Notes under the pieces: model-generated
Told to the model about the DNA's origin: nothing
Databases searched by the model: none
What the model saw: only the letters and a program-made list of their open reading frames with translations
Origin: a virus
Taxonomy: Duplodnaviria; Caudoviricetes
IMG/VR virus record: IMGVR_UViG_3300032225_001145
Coordinates: 1-64,000 of that record
Reading direction: 5' to 3' (one strand)
DNA: 64,000 nt
In this document: piece after piece, positions 48,164 through 57,397 of the stretch
Layout: every line of letters begins with the position of its first letter
Position numbering within the stretch: the first letter of the stretch is position 1
Position numbers and translations under genes: made by a program

Positions 48164-48745
48164 TTAGTATAATTGTGTAATAGTATCAATTAATAATGAA
48201 TAATTAGACGGTACGGGTGTCTTTTTTGAAGGCGATTTGAATTCAGAAAAATCTTCATAGTATAATTCTACATCAGCTGAAATTTTAGACAAAATATTTT
48301 CTTCTATTTTAACTCGATTCATAGCATATCTAATTTTTCCAAGATCGATTTCAATATTAGTATTTACTAGATCAGCTTCGGTATAGTATTCCCATTTTTG
48401 CCTATAGTATCCAACATAGTAGCTAGCCATTTGTTCTATAGTATTTCTGCGAGACATTTTAATTCTAAAAACCTGATCTGAAAACATCGTAGCAATAATC
48501 TCCGACGGATAAGTTTTAATACTAGATCCTAGTAATTTTAAAATATAATCATTCTTTTTTTCAACCATAGTATGATTTAGAAATTTTTTCATATAATCGG
48601 AATCAGGAAAATTGCTTGGCTCATTATAGTAATCAAGCCCAGGATAAAGTTTTCCTAAATGATAACCTAAAGCAGTACTACCAGTTCTTGGACTAGCAAT
48701 TATTACTATAGGTTTTTTTGTTATATTATTTAAACCAGAAACCAT
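48164..48745 (-). CDS. sulfotransferase-like protein
   Basis: ASPRTGST 5'-PSB loop, NEP, R..EQMAS, YYED. Confidence 0.7.
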   Translation of the reverse strand: MVSGLNNITKKPIVIIASPRTGSTALGYHLGKLYPGLDYYNEPSNFPDSDYMKKFLNHTMVEKKNDYILKLLGSSIKTYPSEIIATMFSDQVFRIKMSRRNTIEQMASYYVGYYRQKWEYYTEADLVNTNIEIDLGKIRYAMNRVKIEENILSKISADVELYYEDFSEFKSPSKKTPVPSNYSLLIDTITQLY

Positions 48746-49664
48746 ATTTGTTTACCAATTTCATATAAAATTCAGCAGCATTGTGCAATTGTGTTCGAAC
48801 TATTATTCTTTCAAACCAATCCATTGATTTATCAACCCCAAAATACTCATAAAATTTTATCATTAATAAATTATATTTTTTAATTTCAGCTATGTCAGCT
48901 TTTTTATATTCTTCTTTATGTACTACCAGATGCTGTGGTAATCTTGGTTTAGAATAATTTATTTTTTTGTTGTTGGACCATTCTTTTGGATAGCCAACAC
49001 AAATTCCAAATATTGGTAATACTTTTTTTGGCAATTTAAGTTCGTCAGTTAAATCTATTGTTTTAATTGATCCACAGTACATTGTACCTAATCCCATAGA
49101 CTCGGCCGATAAACAAAATGTTTGTGCGGATATGATAGCATCACAAATAGATCTTATTTCATAACTACCATAACAAAATGCCTCTTGAGATTTTATTGTT
49201 TTGTCTTCGGAGTATAATGTTTTTACTTCAGAATCATTTAATATTGTATTAACTCGACTTAAATCTACACACCAAACAACAAATAGGTCGCATTCCATTA
49301 CAGCATTATAATTACCACTATCACTTCCTGATGTTACATTTAGTTTACCGTCTTTTAATGTACTGACGGTTAATCCCATGTTAGATCGTTTACGCGGCGA
49401 ATTAAAAAATATTTTTTCTCGATTTTCTTTAGATTCTATAACAATAGCAGACCAGGTTTGAAACATAGAACTAGTCGGTGCCGATTGCGCAGCGGCAAAT
49501 AATTTTTCTACTAGTAAAGGATCTATTTTTTGATCAGTAAATCTTCTTACTGTTTTTCTTTTAATAATATTTTCTATAAATTCGTTAGCTGGAAAAGTGT
49601 TGTCTATACCCCCACCATATCTTTGTTGGAACCCAGATAATTCTTGATCGTATAAATTATTCAT
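48726..49664 (-). CDS. nitroreductase family protein (NfsA/Frp-like)
   Basis: RKTVRRF, AQSAPTSS, AESMGLG, GICVGYP, KPRLP. Confidence 0.88.
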   Translation of the reverse strand: MNNLYDQELSGFQQRYGGGIDNTFPANEFIENIIKRKTVRRFTDQKIDPLLVEKLFAAAQSAPTSSMFQTWSAIVIESKENREKIFFNSPRKRSNMGLTVSTLKDGKLNVTSGSDSGNYNAVMECDLFVVWCVDLSRVNTILNDSEVKTLYSEDKTIKSQEAFCYGSYEIRSICDAIISAQTFCLSAESMGLGTMYCGSIKTIDLTDELKLPKKVLPIFGICVGYPKEWSNNKKINYSKPRLPQHLVVHKEEYKKADIAEIKKYNLLMIKFYEYFGVDKSMDWFERIIVRTQLHNAAEFYMKLVNKYGFWFK

Positions 49665-49760
49665 TATATAAATCTCTAGATTTTAATATAAATAATGTAT
49701 TGCATACTCGACATACGGAAATTTTCATAGTATTATTTAGTACAGGATGCAAAAGATAGT

Positions 49761-50309
49761 TTAATTTATAAAGACAGCTAATCTTTTCTTGGCCTCATTC
49801 ATAGTAAGTCTGTTATGATTATTAGCGCAATTAATCACTAAACTAATACATATTCGTTCTTCGATTAAATTAATTATATTATGTGGCAATCCTACTTGAA
49901 CCAAACTAGGGCTACTGATATGTTCTTCGACCGTAAAATTAACCTCAGACAAATCATAAACATAGAGAGTAGTTCCTATCGGATTATAAATAACTTGTTT
50001 ATGAATATCTGGCTTGACAGTAAACCATTGCATTACACTATCTTTACCTCCAATCACCCAATTAATTTTTACATAATCACCGAGCCCAGCGTCGCTATGT
50101 ATTAGCGGTTTGCAGTTTGGTTTACGATAAAAAACTTCTGCAAATCCTATTGATATGTTATAAGACTTTAGAGATTCAACAAGTGTTGGATTAATATCGA
50201 TGTTGACATCAAGCGACAAATGCCCAGTTTTTTTTATAGCATTGATAGTTTTTGCTATGTTATTAAGTGGAAAAATAGATAAATTTAAAGGTTGGCAGTA
50301 TTCGTTCAT
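49761..50309 (-). CDS. HxD..H oxygenase/cupin-like protein
   Basis: IHSD, KINW, VGLPHN, RICIS. Confidence 0.55.
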   Translation of the reverse strand: MNEYCQPLNLSIFPLNNIAKTINAIKKTGHLSLDVNIDINPTLVESLKSYNISIGFAEVFYRKPNCKPLIHSDAGLGDYVKINWVIGGKDSVMQWFTVKPDIHKQVIYNPIGTTLYVYDLSEVNFTVEEHISSPSLVQVGLPHNIINLIEERICISLVINCANNHNRLTMNEAKKRLAVFIN

Positions 50310-50332
50310 ATAGATATATTTACTGATATGTT

Positions 50333-50457
50333 AATGCTGTAACCCAGGCAATATGATATATTAGAGAAACTTGTAAAGTTGAGCCGCTTGTTAAACCTTG
50401 AGCACTTGCGGCCACTTATGCCGCAGATAGGATAAAAAGTTTACAAGTAGTTAATAA
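50333..50457 (+). pseudogene. degenerate copy of the 3' end of the YkuK-like gene
   Basis: Colinear with 46388-46516, with two in-frame TGA stops. Confidence 0.8.
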
Positions 50458-50474
50458 GTCAGTGTAAATATTAG

Positions 50475-51020
50475 TTATTCTAAAATTGAATAATCACGAA
50501 CAGCATCTTTTTTAAATCTTATAGTAAGATAATATCGATTTTTATCACTAAGATTTATAGCCGAGTGAACTTGTACATTATTAAAAATGTAAATACCGCC
50601 TTCAACTAACTGAGCTACTATAGATTTTAAATCGTTATCTTCGCCGTTACGCCACATCGCGGCAACTTTATCATTTGTAATAATAGGAATTTGTATTTTT
50701 ATAATGTTGTCTTGCATTGATCCATAATTTACTGCATTATAATCTGCATGCTCAACCAAATAAGTATGAGGATACATACAAGCAAAATTAGTTTGTAGGT
50801 TACCCTCCGAATCAAAAAACTTTGCTAGCTCTTTGTAAACTTTGTTAATTATATTCTGGTGATTTACAGTGAGCTGGCGTCTGCTCTTACTAACTTTAAT
50901 AACATTAGCGTGAAAATCAGGAACAGCAAAATATTCTTGTTCGGGCGCTATTATTTTTAATTCTTCTAGTAACGACTGAGATAGACTGCCAATAAGTTTG
51001 TAACTATATGGATGTTGCAT
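50475..51020 (-). CDS. Asp/Asn beta-hydroxylase-like 2OG-Fe(II) oxygenase
   Basis: EHAD, IQIPIITN, NN..VHSAIN, NR. Confidence 0.72.
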   Translation of the reverse strand: MQHPYSYKLIGSLSQSLLEELKIIAPEQEYFAVPDFHANVIKVSKSRRQLTVNHQNIINKVYKELAKFFDSEGNLQTNFACMYPHTYLVEHADYNAVNYGSMQDNIIKIQIPIITNDKVAAMWRNGEDNDLKSIVAQLVEGGIYIFNNVQVHSAINLSDKNRYYLTIRFKKDAVRDYSILE

Positions 51021-51022
51021 AA

Positions 51023-51865
51023 TTATATGAAATTAAAAGTTAATCTTTTAAGCAATCTAGAACCGTTAACAGTTTCCCGTTTATGGACATTGAACCAATT
51101 ATCGTAAACAACAATATCACCTAGTTGCCATACATGTTTATAAAGTGTGTTAGATTTACTTTCTAATAATGTATATGTATTGAGCATAAACGCATCTATT
51201 TCTTTAGCTGTTAAAGTTATATTATTTTTTAACACACTATTAATCCAAGCCTTATTATTTTTGCCAGGATGATCGTAACAGTTTAGGTTAGGACTAGATT
51301 TATTTGTTTTAGGATTAATTTTAAGAAATGGAAGTTTTTTTAATCTTGTTCCAGGAATATACATGTCTTGAAACATTATTTCGTAACTGTCAAAGTTATT
51401 TTTCTCGTCCTGCGTAAGTTGATCCCATGCTAGTTCAAGATTTAACCAAGTCGTATCACCAGATCCGTCCTCAGTATTTTTAACCATGTATAACGCTCTG
51501 CCAGGATAGCTTAGTTCATTGACATGTGGCATATCGGCGTGGTATGCCATGTAGTCATTTTTAAACATATTATTGTTGGACTGAAAATAACTTACAGGTT
51601 TTAATGTGTCTTGTTTAATAGTCGAATCATTACCTTGTGAAATAAAAGATTTTTTATAGTCATCACGAGACCATACAGTACCAAATTTTTGTCCTAACGA
51701 ATAAAATTCGTCATCGGTTAAATTAGGACCAAGACCCCTAATAACAATTAGGTTTCTATCAAGGAGTAGATCGGTTAATAATTTGTTATCAATAGACATA
51801 AACTCCTGAAAAGAGTCTACATGCGTTATACTAGCCCAAGATTCGAAAATATTTTCAGTTTTCAT
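51023..51865 (-). CDS. TauD/TfdA family dioxygenase
   Basis: YHAD, GDT.W, HVWQLGDIVVYDN..HKR, RLLKR; start moved to 51865. Confidence 0.88.
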   Translation of the reverse strand: MKTENIFESWASITHVDSFQEFMSIDNKLLTDLLLDRNLIVIRGLGPNLTDDEFYSLGQKFGTVWSRDDYKKSFISQGNDSTIKQDTLKPVSYFQSNNNMFKNDYMAYHADMPHVNELSYPGRALYMVKNTEDGSGDTTWLNLELAWDQLTQDEKNNFDSYEIMFQDMYIPGTRLKKLPFLKINPKTNKSSPNLNCYDHPGKNNKAWINSVLKNNITLTAKEIDAFMLNTYTLLESKSNTLYKHVWQLGDIVVYDNWFNVHKRETVNGSRLLKRLTFNFI

Positions 51866-51995
51866 GGTTATATTTACCAGCAAATATTTTACTCAAAAAA
51901 TTTGATTATAATAGAATAATACTATATAATAATTGTAAAAATATCTTATAAGACGTTAGACTTATAATTGTAACAATTTATTGAGAACTTCTATT

Positions 51996-52319
51996 ATGAA
52001 ACACTATGTAGTAAGATTAAATGTTCAACCATGTGAACAACAATTTATGTGGAGAATTTGGGAGGATGGAATTGAAATCAAAAATGCTAGTAGCGTTTTT
52101 ATTAATGTTCCTAGCTATACGGAAAAAACTTTAGAATCTGAACCAGATAGATTTGGAAGATTTGAAAGGAATAACATAGCTTGTGACGGACATGCTACCT
52201 GGGAAGATTCTATTTTAAAAATAAACGGGAGTGTGGAGAAACAGGTATACTCAGCAGATTTAAAATCTGCCGACGCAAGTCATGGCGGTTCGACCCCGCC
52301 CATTCCTACCAAAATGTAA
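51996..52319 (+). CDS. hypothetical protein whose frame runs through tRNA-Leu
   Basis: MWRIWEDG..INVPSYT..NIACDG; no stop before the tRNA. Confidence 0.5.
   Translation: MKHYVVRLNVQPCEQQFMWRIWEDGIEIKNASSVFINVPSYTEKTLESEPDRFGRFERNNIACDGHATWEDSILKINGSVEKQVYSADLKSADASHGGSTPPIPTKM
52227..52311 (+). tRNA. tRNA-Leu(TAA)
   Basis: Loop TTTAAAA, long variable arm, ACCA. Confidence 0.85.
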
Positions 52320-52328
52320 AGTTTTAAC

Positions 52329-52402
52329 GCGGGATTAGTTTAATGGTAAAACAGCAGATTTCCAATCTTCGGTCAAGAGTTCGATTCTCTTATCCCGCTC
52401 CA
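52329..52402 (+). tRNA. tRNA-Gly(TCC)
   Basis: GCGGGAT acceptor, loop TTTCCAA, TCCA. Confidence 0.85.
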
Positions 52403-52423
52403 ATTTAAAAGTAAAGTTTCAAA

Positions 52424-52497
52424 GCGGGTATGGTGTAATGGTAACCCGAATCCTTGCCAAGGATTAGTTGAGAGTTCGATTCTCTCTACCCGCTCCA
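52424..52497 (+). tRNA. tRNA-Gly(GCC)
   Basis: Loop TTGCCAA, TCCA. Confidence 0.9.
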
Positions 52498-52501
52498 TGT
52501 A

Positions 52502-52600
52502 ATGCGGACCCGTCAAACATTCCGCATCCGCTGTCAACGAAAACGGGATGGGCTGTTGGCACGGGGTTTGATAGTTTTCCTGACAACCGAAAAACTATCA
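52502..52600 (+). ncRNA. candidate pseudoknotted RNA between tRNA-Gly and tRNA-His
   Basis: ATGCGGA/TCCGCAT, TGTCAAC/GTTGGCA, TGATAGTTTT/AAAACTATCA; loop CCCGT complementary to ACGGG. Confidence 0.5.
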
Positions 52601-52609
52601 CCAGTCAAT

Positions 52610-52685
52610 GGTAACTGTAGTTCAATGGTAGAATCCAGGATTGTGATTCCTGTTGTTGTGGGTTCGAGTCCCATCAGTTACCCCA
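52610..52685 (+). tRNA. tRNA-His(GTG)
   Basis: G-1:C73, loop TTGTGAT, CCA. Confidence 0.9.
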
Positions 52686-52761
52686 AATTATATATTTTTG
52701 ATAATATTGTTGTCAACTTAATGTCAACTTCAAGCGTTAATATAGTATGCTAGGAGGCATT

Positions 52762-52917
52762 ATGTTAACAACTACAAAACCTAATTACGAAGATCCCAAA
52801 GTAGGATACTCTACGCAAGATTCATATTTGCGAATGAAATGTCCTGACTGTGATAAACGACGTAGCGGGCCTTGTAGTCATCCCAGCATACTTAACCTAA
52901 AAGGAAATTCAAAATGA
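52762..52917 (+). CDS. small protein with CPDC..C.H zinc-ribbon-like motif
   Basis: AGGAGG SD, 51 aa. Confidence 0.55.
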   Translation: MLTTTKPNYEDPKVGYSTQDSYLRMKCPDCDKRRSGPCSHPSILNLKGNSK

Positions 52918-53090
52918 AATCATTATTCTTAATTGTAGCCAGTGTATTCGCATTATCGGCCGTTGCCGCAGACGCTCCTAAGGCTCCAGCAGCACCAGCT
53001 AAAGTAGAAAGTAAAAAGGACGCACAGCCTTCCAAAAGCACCGCGCCTGCTGTCAAAGAAACAAAAACAGCGACTCCAGCTTCTAAGTAA
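52914..53090 (+). CDS. small exported Ala/Lys/Pro-rich protein
   Basis: AAGGA SD, signal peptide MKSLFLIVASVFALSAVA. Confidence 0.7.
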   Translation: MKSLFLIVASVFALSAVAADAPKAPAAPAKVESKKDAQPSKSTAPAVKETKTATPASK

Positions 53091-53361
53091 TTTTAAGTTT
53101 GAAGATTCAGACGATGACTTCTACGAGGATACTCCGGATATCCATGTAGGACGTTGTCGTCCTGAAATTATCAAAATTGATATTGTTGATAACGATATTG
53201 ATTTATCCGACGATATTAAAATTAGATTAGCTGTAGCCAGATTGAAGGCGCTGAAGAAATATGAAGAGATTTGGGGCTAGTACTTCAAATCTCTTCATTT
53301 TTACAAAAAAATATGGATAAAACTTTTAGTAATATCCCAAATATATCAACTAAATATTTCT

Positions 53362-53901
53362 ATGTTTAAAAAATTAAAAAATACCTTTACTTTTAATGAT
53401 TATCAAACCCTAGAAAATCAAGTACAGTATGGAAAAGTCAGAGAAGATGGGTTTTATGGAATTTCGTATGATGTCGTAACAATTGGATCGAATATTAAAT
53501 TGTTCGAAGTAATACCTGAACAATATCGGAATAAATTTGCATTATTATCTATGGAGATAAATTGTCATATCAGGCCACATACTGATAGCGGAATTTTAGC
53601 TACAATTAATTTTTATATAGAATCACAAAATGCTATTACAAAATTTTATTCAATTAAATCAAATAATCCTACGACTTCAAAAATTGAAAATCAAACTAAT
53701 GGATCACTTTTTGAGTTATCCGATTTAGATGAACAAGACAGTTTTGTAGCTAAAGACGGCGAAGCATTTATTTTAGATGTAACTAATCCACATGCAGTAG
53801 CTTGTACCAAATACGGTATTAGAAAAGCATTGGTATTACAAACCAAAGAATTTTCATACGATGAAGTTTGTAAAATGCTTGAAGAAACAAATAATCTATA
53901 A
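53362..53901 (+). CDS. HxD..H oxygenase/cupin-like protein
   Basis: PHTD, TINFY, LDVTNPHAV, R. Confidence 0.55.
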   Translation: MFKKLKNTFTFNDYQTLENQVQYGKVREDGFYGISYDVVTIGSNIKLFEVIPEQYRNKFALLSMEINCHIRPHTDSGILATINFYIESQNAITKFYSIKSNNPTTSKIENQTNGSLFELSDLDEQDSFVAKDGEAFILDVTNPHAVACTKYGIRKALVLQTKEFSYDEVCKMLEETNNL

Positions 53902-53929
53902 ATTTTGTTAACAAAGAAAGGAGGCTTAT

Positions 53930-54496
53930 ATGCCAAGTGTATTCTTAGTAAGCGACACGCACTTTGGACACACAGGTGTATGCCGCTTCACACGTGACGA
54001 TGGTGTTACAAAACTTCGCCCATGGGACTCATCTGAGGAAATGGACGAAGCTATGGTCAAGGCCTGGAACGAACGGGTAAAGCCCACCGACAAGGTCTAC
54101 CATTTAGGAGATGTAGTTATGAGCCGTCGGAGTCTTGGTATTATGTCAAGACTTAACGGCGACAAAGTTTTAATTCGTGGTAACCACGATATCTTTAAAG
54201 ATGAGGATTACCGTGCTCATTTTAGAGAACTTAGAGCTTATCACGTTATGAACGGAATGATTTTAAGTCATATTCCTATTCACGAAGAGTCGTTAGGCCG
54301 TTTCGGAGTAAACATCCACGGTCACACTCATGCCAATAGAGTTATGAAAGATGGAAAAATTGATGTACGCTACCATTGTGTTTGCGTAGAACAAACTCCC
54401 GACTATGCTCCAATTCTCTTTGAAGATGTTATTAAACGAATCAAAGACGAAGGTGGAGAGATTGGTTTTAGGAATGGCAATGGTCCCACAATGTAA
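53930..54496 (+). CDS. calcineurin-like metallophosphoesterase
   Basis: SDTHFGH, HLGD, GNHD, HGHTH. Confidence 0.92.
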   Translation: MPSVFLVSDTHFGHTGVCRFTRDDGVTKLRPWDSSEEMDEAMVKAWNERVKPTDKVYHLGDVVMSRRSLGIMSRLNGDKVLIRGNHDIFKDEDYRAHFRELRAYHVMNGMILSHIPIHEESLGRFGVNIHGHTHANRVMKDGKIDVRYHCVCVEQTPDYAPILFEDVIKRIKDEGGEIGFRNGNGPTM

Positions 54497-54544
54497 CAGT
54501 TGTGGGACTTTTATTAAACTAAATATCAATATGGAAAATTTATA

Positions 54545-56041
54545 ATGTATGATTGCGTTTTACTGTGCGGTTCAAAAAATGAAATTGCTGGACGAAATAT
54601 TGCAGGATATCGTCTGAGGACGGCAGCCGAACGAGCAGGATACTCGTGTTTAGTATTAGATTGTGCTACCGCAATGACTGCCAAAGATTTAGAAGTTGTA
54701 TTGGATCACACAATATCTGATAAAACATTAATGTTAGGTATTAGTACAGTCTGGTTAGATTCTAACGGACCGTTTGGTGTTCCTGGTAGTACCGAATGGA
54801 TTAATGAAGATTTTTTCAATCGAATCAAAACTAAATTTCCAAAATTAACAATCGTCGCTGGCGGCAATGGGCTTCTTAAATTAAAAGGTTCTGTTGAAAT
54901 ATATAATGCAGCACAGTGGCATGTCACTGGATTTAGCGATGATAGTTTTCCAAAATTATTAATGATGTTAGACGGAAAGCCAAATCACAATTTAAAATAT
55001 TTTGTAGATTTCAAAGGTAAGAAAACTGTTGACAGTAACGCAACCTATAAAATAGAAAATCCAAATAATATCGAAACAATACTGGTTAAAGATGACGGAT
55101 TCCTTGCTCATCAACCAATTCCATTAGAAGTAAGTAGAGGTTGTATTTTTAGATGCGCTTTCTGCAATCATCCTTTTACCGGAGCTAAAGATGCCGATAG
55201 TTATATCCGGACTCCAGAGAGTATCGCATCAGAATTACGCCGTAACTACGAATTATTTGGCACGACTAGATATTCTTTAATGGACGATACATTTAACGAT
55301 AGTATAGAAAAATTAGATAGATTAGAAAAAGCAATTGAATTAGCTAAATTGCCGAACTTTGAATTCCAATGTTATTTAAAACCTGAATTACTAGTAACCA
55401 AACCTGGCATGATAGACCAATTAAAAAGATTGGGCTTAATGGGCGCATTTGCTGGAATAGAAAGTTTAAATAATCGAGCAAGAAAAGAAATGAATAAAGG
55501 CATGGATATAGATCGTGTTTTAGATGCTATGTCAACATTAAAAAGTAAAAATTCTAAAGCAAAAATTTATGCAGGAATGATCGTGGGATTACCAGGAGAC
55601 ACAGTAGAAGATGTAGGGAAATGGCAGGAGCTTTTTATAAAAAATCAAACTACATTATTCCAAGGATGGGAGTATAATTCTTTAGGAATTTATAGTCCAA
55701 CGGATCGAGACAAAAAAAATATGCTTTTAAGCCCTATGGAAAAAGATCCAGAAAAATATGGATACCAAATTGTTAATGTTAGTGATTCAGGTTACAATTT
55801 TTGGCGGAATGAACATATGGATACCGGCATAGCTTATTCCTTAGCCGCTCGGTTAAATGTAGAATCAAGATTTATAACAACAGCAGCTGGATGGAATGTA
55901 GCCTCGGCTTGGCATTTAAATGAAACCGAAGAAAATATAGCTACTAAAACTTTAAATAAATTAGAATTAGGTCGACGACTTTTGGAACAAGCTAAAAATA
56001 GAGCGTCATTAGTTGCCACTAAGATTATTTCATCTAGTTAA
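54545..56041 (+). CDS. radical SAM protein with N-terminal B12-binding-like domain
   Basis: IVAGG, EVSRGCIFRCAFC, DDTFN, GIES, IVGLPGDT. Confidence 0.85.
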   Translation: MYDCVLLCGSKNEIAGRNIAGYRLRTAAERAGYSCLVLDCATAMTAKDLEVVLDHTISDKTLMLGISTVWLDSNGPFGVPGSTEWINEDFFNRIKTKFPKLTIVAGGNGLLKLKGSVEIYNAAQWHVTGFSDDSFPKLLMMLDGKPNHNLKYFVDFKGKKTVDSNATYKIENPNNIETILVKDDGFLAHQPIPLEVSRGCIFRCAFCNHPFTGAKDADSYIRTPESIASELRRNYELFGTTRYSLMDDTFNDSIEKLDRLEKAIELAKLPNFEFQCYLKPELLVTKPGMIDQLKRLGLMGAFAGIESLNNRARKEMNKGMDIDRVLDAMSTLKSKNSKAKIYAGMIVGLPGDTVEDVGKWQELFIKNQTTLFQGWEYNSLGIYSPTDRDKKNMLLSPMEKDPEKYGYQIVNVSDSGYNFWRNEHMDTGIAYSLAARLNVESRFITTAAGWNVASAWHLNETEENIATKTLNKLELGRRLLEQAKNRASLVATKIISSS

Positions 56042-56079
56042 CTTATATTATAACACCCGATAATATATTAAAATACTAA

Positions 56080-56649
56080 CTAGGATAAGTTGTTGATATA
56101 TTTAGATTTAATCCAATTTCGATACTTGTTAAAAATTGTCATAGGATCGTCTTTAATTACTTTTTCAAAATCAAGAGTTATGGACAATACATATCTGTCA
56201 TCGGGTCCACTTATCGCGCCGTGATAGGCTTGTGTATTCAAAAGATAATATGTATCTAATTTATATTCTAACGGAATAATATTAAAAAGCAAATCGTGTT
56301 GTTTGCCAACCCTAAAATAAGTTTTGTTATCTAGCCCTTCAGATAAAACCATATTAATAGATACTGGCCTACCTATATCTGTATGGAAAGTATAAAAACA
56401 ATTCGGTTCCATCTTATAAATTCTAAATCCGCTTGCCGGAGTATTTAACTCTGTGTGGATTGTATTTAAAACAGGATCTTCTGTTATAAACTCTGTAGGC
56501 AGTATTGTTTGTAAAAATGAAAACTGTGGGATATATCCTCTTTGTACAAAATCTTTAGAAGACTTAGCATATTCTAAAATTTTAGCCCTATTTACCGATT
56601 TGACAGGTATAGGCATATAACATTCTTCTTGATTAAATTTATCTTTCAT
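56080..56649 (-). CDS. HxD..H oxygenase/cupin-like protein
   Basis: FHTD, SINM, LNTQAYH, RYVLS. Confidence 0.55.
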   Translation of the reverse strand: MKDKFNQEECYMPIPVKSVNRAKILEYAKSSKDFVQRGYIPQFSFLQTILPTEFITEDPVLNTIHTELNTPASGFRIYKMEPNCFYTFHTDIGRPVSINMVLSEGLDNKTYFRVGKQHDLLFNIIPLEYKLDTYYLLNTQAYHGAISGPDDRYVLSITLDFEKVIKDDPMTIFNKYRNWIKSKYINNLS

Positions 56650-56672
56650 GTTTTTATTTATAAGTTAGTTAT

Positions 56673-56749
56673 ACCTTGGTAGACAAATTGGAAAAGTCGT
56701 TGCTTCAAGAGAGCAAAAGTTATGAGTTCGAATCTCATCCAAGGTACCA
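56673..56749 (+). tRNA. atypical tRNA, Leu-like (AAG or CAA), short variable arm
   Basis: ACCTTGG/CCAAGGT-ACCA, TTCGAAT T loop, TTGCT/AGCAA stem with loop TCAAGAG. Confidence 0.65.
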
Positions 56750-56770
56750 TTATATACTAAATAAATCACT

Positions 56771-57397
56771 ATGAATATAATTTGCGGTCCCAAAGACGAC
56801 CAACGAACCGTAATAATAACTCTACCTGAAAAGAAATCCCGAATAGCTGTACTTGTTAGCGGTGGCTTAGATAGTGCTATATTATATTATCTATTACTAC
56901 TAGAAAATAAATTAAGAGGTAACCTACACGAAATAGTTCCTATCTCTATTATGCGTAAAGAAGGATCAAAATATTTCAGTAGTTTAGTTATTGGACACGT
57001 AAATCAAGCCTTCCAATTACCCTATAATGATCCAATGATTGTCGGTGACAATACTTTGCCAGAGGAAGAACAAGTAAAGTCTGGAGTTAATCAAGCAATT
57101 GATCTAGGATTTAATATTGTATATGCCGGAGTTATAGAACAACTACCTCAACATATGGTAAACTGGCAACCTATACCTAGCAAAGAAACTGCTAGGTTTA
57201 AAACACCTTTCCAGTCTATTAACAAAAGTCATATTATAGATATAATTACTAAATTTAAACAGGAACCTTTATTTTATATAACACATAGTTGTGCCGGCGA
57301 GCAATCGCAAGTCGGCAGATGTAAAGGTTGCAACGGCTGTAACGAAAGAAGTTGGGGATTCGATCAGCTAAAGATAATCGATCCTGGAACTATATAG
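56771..57397 (+). CDS. QueC-like PP-loop ATPase
   Basis: VSGGLDS, PF..NK, THSC..CKGCNGCNER. Confidence 0.72.
   Translation: MNIICGPKDDQRTVIITLPEKKSRIAVLVSGGLDSAILYYLLLLENKLRGNLHEIVPISIMRKEGSKYFSSLVIGHVNQAFQLPYNDPMIVGDNTLPEEEQVKSGVNQAIDLGFNIVYAGVIEQLPQHMVNWQPIPSKETARFKTPFQSINKSHIIDIITKFKQEPLFYITHSCAGEQSQVGRCKGCNGCNERSWGFDQLKIIDPGTI

Noticed and set aside
52502-52753. 83-aa ORF, and a theta/HDV-like ribozyme call for the same region
   Set aside because: ORF overlaps tRNA-His; only 12 nt lie inside the first stem, too few for HDV topology
56673-56749. Opal suppressor or Sec tRNA (TCA)
   Set aside because: Centring TCA destroys the anticodon stem, and there is no long Sec-type arm
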